Of a stretch of DNA of 64,000 nucleotides, positions 32,143-41,873 are shown piece after piece. The stretch spans positions 513,191 to 577,190 of the forward strand of contig CAVVQQ010000003.1 of assembly GCA_963750475.1 (NCBI GenBank), in the 5' to 3' direction. A model generated the notes under the pieces. It ran no database searches, was not told the origin of the DNA, and worked only from the letters and a program-made list of their open reading frames with translations. Made by a program: the position numbers and the translations under genes. The stretch is from an uncultured Acidobacteriota bacterium (GTDB taxonomy: Bacteria; Acidobacteriota; Vicinamibacteria; Vicinamibacterales; 2-12-FULL-66-21). Positions within the stretch are counted from its first letter, which is position 1. The number at the start of each line of letters is the position of its first letter.

Positions 32143-33569
32143 GTGGACCTCTCGTCGCGGCTGCGGGCGATCGTCCGGCGGGAATCCGGGAAGCCGGCCG
32201 GGGCGCCGCTCCGCGAGCTCACCTACGAGCCCGACAGCGGCGGCTACGAGGCGACGATCGGACCTCGGGCGGGTGAGTGCGACTGCTCGGCGGACGCTGT
32301 CACCGAGACCGCGTTCGGCCCGTGCCTCGTCATCGACCGGCGCTACGAGGCCGATCGCTGGCACGGAGCGATCCGCATCGGCGACTGCGATCGCGAGGAT
32401 GGCGATGCGCTCGGCATCCTCGATCCGTCGCTGCGGGCGCTGCGCGGCCGGCGCGGCGGGGAGCGAGGCTGGGGGCAGCGCGCGCCGCTTTCCGCGCACC
32501 GTGTTCATCGACCTCGAGACCACCGGCCTGAGCGGCGGCGCCGGCACGCTGGCGTTCCTGGTCGGCTGCGGCTACTTCGATCTCGGCGCCTTCCAGGTCC
32601 GCCAGTTCCTGCTCACCAGCCACGCCGGCGAGCGCGCGCTGCTGGCGGCGGTGGCCGACTTCTTCGCCGGCTGCGATCTGATCGTCACTTACAACGGCAA
32701 GACGTTCGACGTGCCGGTGATGGAGACGCGCTGGGTGTTCCATCGGCATGCGGATGCCCGCTGGGCGGACGTGCCGCACTTCGACATGCTCCACCCGGCG
32801 CGGCGGCTGTGGCGATCGCGCGCCCGGGTCCGGCGGCGAAATCGAGGAGGCCGGCTGCCGCCTGTCAACGCTCGAGCGGACGCTGTTCGGCGTCATGCGG
32901 GTCGGCGACGTTCCCGGCTTCGAAATCCCGGCGCGCTTCTTCAACTTCCTGCGCAGCGGCGATCCGCGTCCGCTCGAGCCGGTGCTCGAGCACAACCGCC
33001 TCGATCTCGTGTCGCTGGCGGCCGTGACGGCGCGCGCGCCTGCGGCTGGCGCGCGACGGGCACCACGCCTGCCGCGACGAGGCCGAAGCGCTGGCGCTCG
33101 GCCGCGTCTACGAACGGGCCGGTGCGCTCGACCGGGCGGAATGTTGCTACCGGCGGCGGCCGATTCGGCGACCGCGGAGGTGAGGGGAGAGGCGCTCTAC
33201 AGGCTTGGCCTGCGGCGGCGGCGCGAGCGCCGGTTCGAAGAGGCGGCGGCGGCATGGCGGGCGATCTGTCGAGCTGACCGAGCCGCGCCATGTGCGGCGG
33301 CTGGCGCGGCTTGGCGACCTGCGCCAGTTCGCGGTCGAAGCGCTGGCGATTCATCACGAGCACCGCCAGCGGGATCTCTGACGGCGCGCGCGAACTGGCG
33401 ATGTTCGCGCTGCAGGAGGCGAGCCGGCGGCGCGGGCGCTCGGGATGCGCCACCGGCTGGCGCGCTCGACGGAAGATCAGCGAGAGGGTGGAACGGGGAG
33501 GGGCAGCCGGGAGACCGGGACGCCGGGCGCACCCCGGCAAAAACAGACGCCCAGCTCTTTTCGAGCTGA
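32143..33569 (+). pseudogene. RNase H-like/DnaQ-like exonuclease with TPR-like tail (MrfB/YprB-like), several frame changes; boundaries approximate
   Basis: RTVFIDLETTGLSGGAGTLAFLVGCGYF...LIVTYNGKTFDVPVMETRW...HFDMLHPARRLW is the YprB-type exonuclease core. The N-terminal LSSRLRAIV...GPCLVIDRRYEADRWHG and the C-terminal repeats are spread over other frames. Confidence 0.65.
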
Positions 33570-33574
33570 GCGTC
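33537..33574 (-). terminator. Rho-independent terminator downstream of rpmE
   Basis: The minus-strand RNA reads GACGCUCAGCUC-GAAAA-GAGCUGGGCGUC followed by UGUUUUUG. That is 11 bp with 1 mismatch, starting 29 nt after the rpmE stop. Confidence 0.65.
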
Positions 33575-33602
33575 CGGGAGGTCGCGATCGGTGTGGGCGG
33601 CG

Positions 33603-33880
33603 CTACTTGGCGCCGACGGCGGCCTTTTCGGTCTTCTCGGCCTTCTTGGTCTTCGCGGCCGCCTTGCGGCTCTCGGACGTCTGCACGCCGAACCGCTTGG
33701 TGAACCGCTCGACGCGCCCTTCGGTGTCTACCAGCTTCTGGCGGCCGGTAAAGAACGGATGGCAGTTGTTGCAGATCTCGAGGTGCAGCTCGGGCTTGGT
33801 CGAGCGGGTCTTCCACGTCGCGCCGCACGCGCAGCGCGCCTCGATCTCGTTGGTACTTGGGGATGAATCCCTTCCTTCAC
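33603..33880 (-). pseudogene. rpmE: 50S ribosomal protein L31, two single-base insertions as assembled
   Basis: GTG-AAG-GAA-GGG-ATT-CAT-CCC gives MKEGIHP. It is followed by C-AAG-TAC-C-AAC-GAG, where removing one C from the run at 33859-33862 and one from 33852-33853 restores [57 protein letters not shown]... to the stop at 33603-33605. Confidence 0.85.
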
Positions 33881-33909
33881 TGCAGGCTCCTTGGAGGCTT
33901 CGGGCAAAA

Positions 33910-33945
33910 GGGCATTATACCAGCCCGCCGCAAGGAATGGAACCA
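33910..33945 (-). promoter_or_regulatory. Putative sigma-70 promoter of rpmE with extended -10
   Basis: The minus strand reads TTCCAT-N17-TGGTATAAT (TATAAT = 33914-33919). It is followed about 25 nt later by AAGGAG (33887-33892), 6 nt before the GTG. Confidence 0.45.
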
Positions 33946-33999
33946 TGTAGATGCTAAGCGCCGCAATTGCAACGACTTAGCGTGCCTTCTGCGCCCTTC

Positions 34000-34966
34000 C
34001 TACTCCAAGTCGACGCTCCGTTCCCAGCGGTGCTGCCTGAGCTCAGCCATGAGCGTTTCCGGCAGCCGCCTGCCGTCGCTGGCGGCGATGTTCTCGCTCG
34101 ACGTGGCGGAGTTTGCGCATGCCCGGGATTACGGTCGTCACGGCCGGGTGCTGAAGGATGTGCCGCAGCGCCAGTTCGGGGAGCGTCATCCCTTCCGGCA
34201 CGACCGGCTTGAGCCGTCGACGCGCTCGAGCGTCGGCGTGAGCTTCTCGGGCGTGAAGTAGAAATTGCGGAAGTCCCCTTCGGGCCAGCGTGAGTCGGCC
34301 GTCAGCGTGCCGGTCAGGCTGCCCTCGTCGAAGGGAACGCGGGCGATGACGGCGATGTTCTTTTCGCGGCAGGCCGGGAAGAGCTCGTCTTCCGGGCTCT
34401 GGTCGAAGACGTTGTAGACGACCTGGACGGCGTCGATGAGGCCGGTGTCGAGCGCGCGGAGGACGTTCTCCGGCTGCCAGCGGTTGACGCTGATGCCGAA
34501 CGCCTTGACCAGCCCTTCGTCCTTCAGCGCCCGAGGCGGCTTTCTGCCAGCGGTCGTCGTCCGCCCAGGCGTCGCTCCAGACATGGAACTGCTGGAGGTC
34601 GATGGTCGAGACGCCCATGTTGGCGAGGCTCTTCTCGGTGTACTCGCGGATGTAGTCGGGCGGATAAACGTCGTCCAGCGGGTACTCGGGGCGGGCCGGC
34701 CACTTGCGGTTCTTCGGCGGGATCTTGGTGGCGGCATAGAGCCGCGTCCCGGCATGGCGCTTGAGCGCCTCGCCGAGCAGCACTTCGCTGTGGCCGTCGC
34801 CGTAGGCCCAGGCGGTGTCGAAGAAGTTGCAGCCGCGGGCGATCGCGTGGTCGAGCGACTTCAGCGACTCCTCGTCGTCGCTGCCGGTCCACCCGGCCAT
34901 GCCCCACATGCCGTAGCCGATTTCGGAAACGTCCCACCCGGTACCGCCAAAGGGTCTGTAACGCAT
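34000..34966 (-). pseudogene. Aldo/keto reductase, about 3 frame changes as assembled
   Basis: MRYRPFGGTGWDVSEIGYGMWGM...CNFFDTAWAYGDGHSE is in the frame of ORF 34043-34966. LKDEGLVKAFGISVNRWQPENV...IAVIARVPFDEGSLTG is in the frame of ORF 34186-34755. The C-terminus IPGMRK...NIAASDGRRLPETLMAELRQHRWERS reaches a TAG at 34000-34002. Confidence 0.8.
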
Positions 34967-34974
34967 CCCTGAAT

Positions 34975-35130
34975 CATATCCTCTCGCTACCGGCTTCCCG
35001 CTGTCCCGCTTCCCGCTTCCCGCTTCCCGCTACGCTGTCCCGCTCCCACGCTGTCCGCTGCCACGCTGCCACGCTGCCACGCTGCTCCGCTGCCACGCTG
35101 CTACACGGGCACGCTGCTCCGCCACGGTCG
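34975..35130. repeat. Tandem array drifting from 7-nt (CGCTTCC / GCTGTCC) to 8-nt units (ACGCTGCC / ACGCTGCT)
   Basis: Read directly: gcttccc gctgtcc cgcttcc x3 ... acgctgcc acgctgcc acgctgcc acgctgct ccgctgcc acgctgct. It begins about 10-20 nt upstream of the AKR start codon (34966, minus strand). Confidence 0.9.
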
Positions 35131-35134
35131 TGTG

Positions 35135-35306
35135 GCGGCGGGCCGCGCCGCGCCTCCCGCTTCGCACCGTGGCAAGACAGCTCCTTCGGCGCAGCCTGAC
35201 GATGCGGCGTCGCCAGGGACGTGCCGCTGCGGCGTGAGCCGACTGTTCACCCTCCGGTTTGCCGACCGGTCATCACGGCGCTCAGAGGTCGGCGCGGTCC
35301 GGCCCG
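35135..35306. repeat. Dispersed repeat, copy A (172 nt)
   Basis: Aligns with 37188-37423, from gcggcgggcc...cgcctcccgcttcgcaccgtggcaa.acagctcct.cggcgcag.ctgacgatgcggcgtcgccagg to tcacgg.gctcagaggtcggcgcgg. The two copies differ by only scattered substitutions. Confidence 0.85.
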
Positions 35307-35320
35307 ACGCGCCTTCGCGC

Positions 35321-35713
35321 TCAGGCGTACATCGGCCGTCCGCTCCGCAGCCGCAGCCAGCCGCGGACGACGCGATACATGAACCACAGGCTGACGAGGG
35401 CGAGCGGCAGCCAGGCGACGACGATCCCGATGCCGAAGGTGATGAACACGAACAGCACGCACAGGCCGACCCAGAGCAGGCCGTACCAGAACGTCCGGAT
35501 CTGCCATTGGAAATGCGAATCGAGCCACATCCCTCGCACCTCGGACCGTTTCAGGTAATTGAGGATCACCGCAATGATCGACGGCCATCCGGTGAGGAAG
35601 GCGCCGACGACGGTGGCGGTGCCGATGATGCCCGTGAGCAGGCTGAACGCATGGAGCGCGTAGATGAGCTGCGTCCAGTTGTAAAGTGGAGCGGGAGCCT
35701 GGCGGGTGTCCAT
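35321..35713 (-). CDS. Membrane protein (COG3671/DUF4870-like), hypothetical
   Basis: Starts at MDTRQAPAPLYNW. LIYALHAFSLLTG...IIAVILNYLKRSEVRG.WLDSHFQWQIRTFWYGLLW is the pattern of this small-membrane-protein family. Confidence 0.6.
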   Translation of the reverse strand: MDTRQAPAPLYNWTQLIYALHAFSLLTGIIGTATVVGAFLTGWPSIIAVILNYLKRSEVRGMWLDSHFQWQIRTFWYGLLWVGLCVLFVFITFGIGIVVAWLPLALVSLWFMYRVVRGWLRLRSGRPMYA

Positions 35714-35835
35714 GTCTCCATTCGAACGCGGCCGAGGTCCGGCGTCAAGCGCGTCGACCGTGAGCCTGTCCGGAGCCGGCGGGATTGCTCGCCTCCGCAC
35801 CGTGAACGTGTGCGTGGACCCATGGTTGCGCTACT

Positions 35836-37041
35836 GTGCCGAATAGGATGCACATGAACAATCCACTGGCGGTCTCGGCACTGGTTGCGACGCTCGCCGC
35901 GCTTGCCGCAGTCGACCCGCCATCGCGGTCCGCGATCGCCGGCACGCCGGCTCGCGACGGCATTGGCAGAGTGCGCGCCACGGCTTCCCTGGGGCAGCCG
36001 CGCGCGGCGCATACCGCCACCACGCTGCCCGGCGGGAACGTTTTGATCGTCGGCGGCTTCACCGACGACGAGTCACAGCTGGCCGGCGCCGAGCTGTTCG
36101 ATCGCGAGGAGGAGCGCTTCCGGCCGATCACAGGGGTGGCGGTCCTGCGCCACAGTCACTCGGCCACCCGCCTGCCGGACGGAACGGTGCTGATCGCAGG
36201 CGGCATGGGCGGCAACGGTAGGTACCACGACACCGCCGAGCTCTACGATCCATCGGCGGGCACGTTCCGGGCGACCGGACGTATGACGGCGGCGAGGTCG
36301 AACCACGAGGCGGTGCTCCTCGCGGACGGCCGGGTGCTCCTCGTGGGTGGAGTCGGCACCGGATGGACGTTCCTCGCCAGCGCGGAGATCTATGATCCCC
36401 GCACCGGCCGGTTCTCGGCCGCCGGGGTCATGCAGGAGCCGCGCGAGAGCCACGTGGCGGTACGGCTGCGCGATGGGCGCGTGCTCGTCGCCGGCGGGCA
36501 TCGCGGACGCGGCAAGGCAATCGTGATCTCCCGAACGGCCGAGATTTACGATGTCGCCTCAGGCCGGTTCACGCCAACGGCGGCGATGGGCATCCGGCGG
36601 CACAAGCACGATGCCGTGGTGCTCGACGACGGCCGGGTGCTGGTGCTCGGCGGCGCGGACGAGCGTGACAACGAAGGGGTCTATTCGAGCGTCGAGGTTT
36701 TCGATCCGGTCGCGGGGGAGTTCCGCCCGGGCGGCCCGATGCGGCTCGGCCGCTACAAGCACCGGGGCACGTCGCTGTCCCTCGGCGACGGACGGTGGCT
36801 TCTGGCTGGCGGCGCTGCCAGCCCGGAGGAGTACAACGCCGCCACTGGGGCAAGCGACGTCGTCCCCGGCGAGGGTCCGCTGGCAGGCCAGTTCTCCGCC
36901 GCGGCCTCTCTCGGCGGCGGGCGCGTCCTCATCACCGGTGGCTACGGACAGGGGCGCGGCCCCAGGGCCAATGCCTGGATCGTCGACCCTCCCACCGGCA
37001 CGGGTCCAAGCCCACTGATTGCGAAGCGTCCTTCCGACTAA
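35836..37041 (+). CDS. Kelch-repeat beta-propeller protein (secreted)
   Basis: 401 aa with a signal-like N-terminus. It has at least 6 repeats of the type R..H.AT.L.DGRVL.VGG.......AE.YDP..G.F. Confidence 0.75.
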   Translation: MPNRMHMNNPLAVSALVATLAALAAVDPPSRSAIAGTPARDGIGRVRATASLGQPRAAHTATTLPGGNVLIVGGFTDDESQLAGAELFDREEERFRPITGVAVLRHSHSATRLPDGTVLIAGGMGGNGRYHDTAELYDPSAGTFRATGRMTAARSNHEAVLLADGRVLLVGGVGTGWTFLASAEIYDPRTGRFSAAGVMQEPRESHVAVRLRDGRVLVAGGHRGRGKAIVISRTAEIYDVASGRFTPTAAMGIRRHKHDAVVLDDGRVLVLGGADERDNEGVYSSVEVFDPVAGEFRPGGPMRLGRYKHRGTSLSLGDGRWLLAGGAASPEEYNAATGASDVVPGEGPLAGQFSAAASLGGGRVLITGGYGQGRGPRANAWIVDPPTGTGPSPLIAKRPSD

Positions 37042-37187
37042 CGGCGGCTCATCCTCGCTGCGTGTGTGGAGGCGCCCGCTGCTCGAGCAGAATAGTGTTA
37101 CCGCGGACGGAGAGGTCGGTGCACTCTGCGACATCCCCTGCTGGGCGACCAGCGATCTCCCACCACCGGCACCTTCGCGGTCACGAC

Positions 37188-37423
37188 GCGGCGGGCCGGG
37201 GCGCGCCTCCCGCTTCGCACCGTGGCAAAACAGCTCCTCCGGCGCAGGCTGACGATGCGGCGTCGCCAGGGGCTTGCCGCTGCGCCGGTGAGCCGACTGT
37301 TCACCTTCCAGGTTGGCCGGCCCGTCATCGCGTACTCATCGGCGCCGCCGTCCGGGACGCCTCGGACCTGTGTTGGTGCTGCCGCGTGTCACGGTGCTCA
37401 GAGGTCGGCGCGGCCCCGGCCCG
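37188..37423. repeat. Dispersed repeat, copy B (236 nt; carries a ~60-nt insertion at about 37330-37388 relative to copy A)
   Basis: Same orientation as copy A. It lies immediately left of the lower-GC stretch. Confidence 0.85.
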
Positions 37424-37676
37424 CCGCATCGCGACCGCGGCGTGATGAGCGCCGCGCTCCAAAAAATGCAACGGTGGTCTTTGATGCACTCAGTGCTGTC
37501 AACGCGAGAGTCGGGCTAGGGATTTGGATACCGGTCTTGCGAAGCCATCTGGCGCCCGGCGGCCCGTTGCGGATAGAGTCCGGTGTTTGGCTTGTAACCT
37601 AGGGGGCGGTAGCCTGACTCCCGAGCAGTATGTGCCAGGGCTTTGGCAGGTAACGATTGGCTTGACCGACGTCGTC

Positions 37677-37982
37677 ATGAGGCTCGCTTCATTTCTGCTG
37701 CTCGCGGCCTTGCTGCTCTTGGGCGGCGCCGGTGTCCAGTTTGCGCAAGAGGTTGCTGCTGCGGACTCCTGTTTGGATTCCGGAGGCTCTTTCGACTATT
37801 CCCGGTTGACGTGTGACCGTGAGGCCAACCATTCGTTCGTCGCCTACTCCGACCGCCATCCCTTTGTTTGCAGCCCCCATCGGTCTCGGCGTCGGAGCGG
37901 CAGCAACCGCATTTGTGCTCTGGCGTCGAGACTCACGGGCCGAGGTCTAGCAGCCGCAGCAGTCCGCGAGCGGGACCGATAA
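37677..37982 (+). CDS. Small secreted hypothetical protein (weak call)
   Basis: MRLASFLLLAALLLLGGAGVQFAQE is a signal peptide. The C-terminus may be frameshifted: another frame reads PLFAAPIGLGVGAAATAFVLWRR, which looks like a TM anchor. Confidence 0.3.
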   Translation: MRLASFLLLAALLLLGGAGVQFAQEVAAADSCLDSGGSFDYSRLTCDREANHSFVAYSDRHPFVCSPHRSRRRSGSNRICALASRLTGRGLAAAAVRERDR

Positions 37983-38093
37983 GTGTCGACATGAAGGTGA
38001 GCTGGATCGCCAAGCTATCGCTCGAGGCCGAGCGGCATGGCGTTAGGGGAACAACGAACGGTGTGGACGCCCCGAGCTCGTTCGACGACCAGA

Positions 38094-38483
38094 TCAGCGA
38101 TCTTTTGGCGTCGTATGGCGCTCCAGCCAGGCTTCCAGCTCGGGACGACTCGACCGTCCGCTGGCAAGATCGAGGAACAGTGTTTCCTGTTCGTCAATGT
38201 CGGCGCGAAGCTCGAGGCCGTTAAGGGTGAGAAATACTTCCATGGCCGCGTGGGCGACTCGCTTGTTGCCATCCACGAATGCGTGGTTCAGCGCGAGCGA
38301 GTACGCCACGGACGCGGCCTTGCCGGTAATCGTCGGGTGAAGGTCCACTCCGTCGAACGTTGCACGCGGTTGTGCGACGGCGGACTCGAGCGCCGCCAGG
38401 TCGCGAAGCCCAGTTGCTCCGCCGGTGCTTTCGAGAACTGCCCGGTGCAAGGCCACGACCTCACCGAGCGTCAAATACCGCAT
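38094..38483 (-). CDS. doc: Doc-family (Fic-fold) toxin
   Basis: 129 aa. [19 protein letters not shown] and the Fic/Doc motif [15 protein letters not shown] are present. Confidence 0.9.
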   Translation of the reverse strand: MRYLTLGEVVALHRAVLESTGGATGLRDLAALESAVAQPRATFDGVDLHPTITGKAASVAYSLALNHAFVDGNKRVAHAAMEVFLTLNGLELRADIDEQETLFLDLASGRSSRPELEAWLERHTTPKDR

Positions 38484-38677
38484 CAGGCCAGGCGGCGGTA
38501 GAGTTCCTGGTTCCTGGCGACAACCTGCGCGGCGGCGGCCTGGAACTCAGGGTCGGGCGTTGCCAGCAGATCCGTCAGAGCAGCGCGGGCAAGATCTTCA
38601 GGCGACAAGCCCAGCCGATTCGCTTCGGCACGCAGTTTCTCTGCCTGGGGCGCGGGCAGCTCAAAGGCGAGTTTCAT
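38483..38677 (-). CDS. Putative antitoxin of Doc (short Phd/RHH-like)
   Basis: 64 aa, starting at the internal [34 protein letters not shown]. Its TGA overlaps the doc ATG by 1 nt (cTGATGc on the minus strand). Confidence 0.7.
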   Translation of the reverse strand: MKLAFELPAPQAEKLRAEANRLGLSPEDLARAALTDLLATPDPEFQAAAAQVVARNQELYRRLA

Positions 38678-38861
38678 ACTGTTACTGTAGCGCTGGGCAC
38701 GCCGTCTCACAAGCGCGTGCGGCCGGACGGCGGCAGCTGATACCAGGAGGCCCGTGGCGGGAGCGGGGAAGCGGTAGCCGGGCAGATGGTCCCGCAGGTG
38801 CGCTGTCAGTGGCATTGCCAGAGGCCGTCGCAGAACCGACACATTCCAGCAGGAACGAACT

Positions 38862-39365
38862 ATGTGGAAGAGCGATGCAGCGCCCACTTGTGCTCAATGT
38901 CAGCAGCACATTCAGACGCTCGATGATGTCGGCGTGTGCGTCATCTGCTTTCAGGTGTACTGCAGCCGCCACGTGGTCATTCGTAACGGCGTGGCAAACT
39001 GTGCCGCATGCGAAGAGAGCCGACGACGCCGTGAACAACACGGTCCGATCTCTCAGGCAACCGCCGACCGGGTGGCTCGCCTGCTGCACGCGGATCTGCG
39101 GGCAACCATTGGAGGTGGTCACGAATCGGCGGTGGATGAGGCGATTGCCCGCATTCGCATCTTCGCGGCCGATCCAGAGGTTTTCGAGCAGCAGGTCGTA
39201 GACGACGTCCAGCAGTGTCTGCACGACACCGTTGTCGACACGACCTGGCCGGCCTGTCCCGAGCACCCGAATCATCCGCTCTGGTATTCAGAGGGATGGT
39301 GGCGCTGCGAGCAATCGGGTCGGCGAGTGGCGCCTCTTGGCGGGCGGCGTCGAGCTCCGGGCTGA
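38862..39365 (+). CDS. Cys-rich (zinc-ribbon-like) hypothetical protein
   Basis: 167 aa. The N-terminus is CAQCQQ...CVICFQVYCSRH...CAACE. The C-terminus is WPACPEHPNHPLWYSEGWWRC. No family recognised. Confidence 0.45.
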   Translation: MWKSDAAPTCAQCQQHIQTLDDVGVCVICFQVYCSRHVVIRNGVANCAACEESRRRREQHGPISQATADRVARLLHADLRATIGGGHESAVDEAIARIRIFAADPEVFEQQVVDDVQQCLHDTVVDTTWPACPEHPNHPLWYSEGWWRCEQSGRRVAPLGGRRRAPG

Positions 39366-39564
39366 CCGCTTGTCACACTCGCGATCCAGCCGGCGATCGC
39401 CACGGCGCAGGCTCACCGGTAATTTGGTACCCAAAATTCTGACGGCGCTCTGCCGCGCGGCCACGGGTCGGGATAAAGTTCGGTCCTGCAATTGATTTGG
39501 TCTGGCACTCACGGGGCGGGCGCCTGGTTGCCAGGCGCCGAATACGTCCGGGCGTGAAAATTAC

Positions 39565-39843
39565 GTGGCCGCCAACGGGCGCGTCAATGTGGTGAGCGCC
39601 TTGCGATTCGACGGTGCGCTTTTGGAGCCAGGATTCATCGGCTCCTTTCTGGGTGGACCGCCGGCACCGGTACCAGCCGGAGCGACGAGGAGTGAACTTG
39701 TCTCGTTAGTGCCGGCGGAGTCGCATGGCGCTGGCGTGACCGTCCCCACCTTTTATGTGTCGCTGCAGCCCGGACGCCACACCGTGGCGTTTCGCTGCGC
39801 CGGTAAGTGGTCGCAAGAAGTCGCGTTCTATTGGGAGCCGTAA
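39565..39843 (+). CDS. Hypothetical small protein (weak call)
   Basis: 92-aa ORF in lower-GC DNA. No recognisable motif. Confidence 0.25.
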   Translation: MAANGRVNVVSALRFDGALLEPGFIGSFLGGPPAPVPAGATRSELVSLVPAESHGAGVTVPTFYVSLQPGRHTVAFRCAGKWSQEVAFYWEP

Positions 39844-40155
39844 TACCTCTTTGGTAAGAACACTGCGCGAAGTCGGGGCTGTTGGATCGGCCAACTGTCG
39901 TTCCGCTGCAGCGCGGCCTGGGCCGCCACGAGTAGACGCATTTTGATGCTCGCCTGTGGAACCTTGCACTGCATTGGGATGCTCGTGGATACTTCGGGTC
40001 GGCGCCGGGCGCCCGGCCTCGGAGCGGCTCTGCAATGGAGGATGTCGCCGCGATCACGGCGTCGAGACCGTGGTCGACGCGCTGCCGGCCGAGCGCTCCG
40101 CGATCCGGACGCGTCGGGGTGGCGCGTCGTTCACGGGCGCGCTAGGCTTGACGGT

Positions 40156-40880
40156 ATGGAGAGGACATCACGGTCGCGGTCGTGGCGGCCAGCCCGAGTG
40201 ACTGTGACAATCCGGCTCGTGTTCTGCGTCAGCGCTCTGCTGAACAGCGCTCCCGCGTTGGCGCAAGCCTCGGGTTCCAACCGCTCGACGCTGCCGGCGG
40301 TCTTTGTCGGTGCCGGCGCCGGGCCCGCCGCGAACGACGCCGCGTCGCGGATGCGGCTGTACGCCGAGGGGACCGCGTTCGCGTGGCTGGTCGAGGCGGG
40401 CGCCGCGGTCTCGCCCCGGATCGGCATCGGCGTCGAGTATTCGCAGCCGTCCGCCGCAACCGCCTCGACAACGGTCGGCGTGGGACGAACCACGATCGCC
40501 GGTCGCGAGGAAGAGCGCGTCCTGCTGGGCGTGCTTCGCGGCCGGCTGGCGGGCTCGCGGCGCGTGAGCCTTGATGCCCTCGGCGGAGCCGGCGTACCAT
40601 GCACCATCACGAGTCCTGGCGGTGTACCCCGGCATCCGCCTCCTGTGCCGGCACCGGCGTCGCTACCGCAAGCGTCGATGCGGTGGCGCCCGTCTTCGTG
40701 CTTGGCGTCGAGGTACCGTTCGCTGTGGCACGGCATTTCGAAATCGCCGCCGGCGCACGCGCCTACTTCCTGCGCCGCGGCGAGCACGTCAGCGCCGGCG
40801 ATGTCCATCTCGACTGGCAGAACGAGTGGCGCTCGTCCACGCGGGCCGCCCTCCTCGGTAGTGCAAGATTTGTCTCGGTG
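40156..40880 (+). pseudogene. Possible outer-membrane beta-barrel-like protein, frame change near 40590 (weak call)
   Basis: Starts at MERTSRS...VFCVSALLNSAPALAQA (signal peptide), then alternating beta-strand-like segments (AFAWLVEAGAAVSPRIGIGVEYS). It continues in the frame of ORF 40599 (VAPVFVLGVEVPFAVARHFEIAAGARAYFL). Confidence 0.3.
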
Positions 40881-40979
40881 ACCGGGCCGCCGCCCTTGGC
40901 AGTCGGTCAACCGGAAGCGCCGGCCGGCAAGTCAGATGGTGCCTGGTTCCCGCGGCGTTTCACAAAGGAGTCCCGCGAC

Positions 40980-41871
40980 GTGCGTAATCGATGGCTTGCA
41001 CTCTGGATCACTCTGGCCTGGGCCCTCGGCGCCGGCTCCGCCGGCCGCCTTCACGCTCAGACCAATGCCGACTGGACCGAACCCTTTTCACCCTTCAAGA
41101 TCGCCGGGAACCTCTATTACGTCGGCAGCCGGGGCCTCGCCAGCTACCTGATCGCCACGCCGCAGGGGCACATCCTCATCAACAGCGACCTCGAGGCGAA
41201 CGTGCCGCTGCTCCGCGCCAGCGTCGAGCAGCTCGGCTTCAGGTTCTCCGACATCAGAATCCTGCTGATCAGCCACGCCCACTGGGATCACGACGCCGGC
41301 AGCGCCGCCATCAAGGCGCTGACCGGCGCGAAATACATGGTCATGGACGCCGACGTCCCGGTCGTCGAATCGGGCGGAAAGACCGATTTTCAGTACAGCG
41401 ACCGTGCCGGCGTCGCTCTACCCGCCGGCCAAAGTCGATCGGGTACTGCACGACGACGACACGGTCACGCTCGGCGGCGCACGTCTCGTCGCGCACCTGA
41501 CGCCCGGGCACACCAAGGGCTGCACGACCTGGACGATGAAAGTCACGGACGCCGGCAAGACCTACGACGTCGTCATCGTCGGCAGCCCCAACGTCAATCC
41601 CGGGTATCGGCTGGTCGACAATCCGGCTTACCCGACGATCTCGGCCGACTACGAGCGGACGTTCCGAGTGCTGCGATCGCTGCCGTGCGACATCTTCCTC
41701 GGCGCCCACGGGAACTACTTCGATCTTGAATCCAAATACCGGCGGCGGCAGGATGATGGCGTGGCTCCGTTCGTCGATCCTGACGGCTATAAAAGGTATG
41801 TCGCCGAACGGGAGCAGGCGTTTCGGACGGAACTGGCGAAACAGCAGGCGGCGCGGCCGCAGACGAGATAG
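40980..41871 (+). pseudogene. Subclass-B3-type metallo-beta-lactamase-fold hydrolase, one extra base at 41402-41403
   Basis: Has a signal peptide (WLALWITLAWALGAGSAGRLHAQ). Contains FKIAGNLYYVG, the zinc motif ISHAHWDHDAG, and, after the +1 shift, HLTPGHTKGCTTW and FLGAHGNYF. Confidence 0.8.
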
Positions 41872-41873
41872 AG

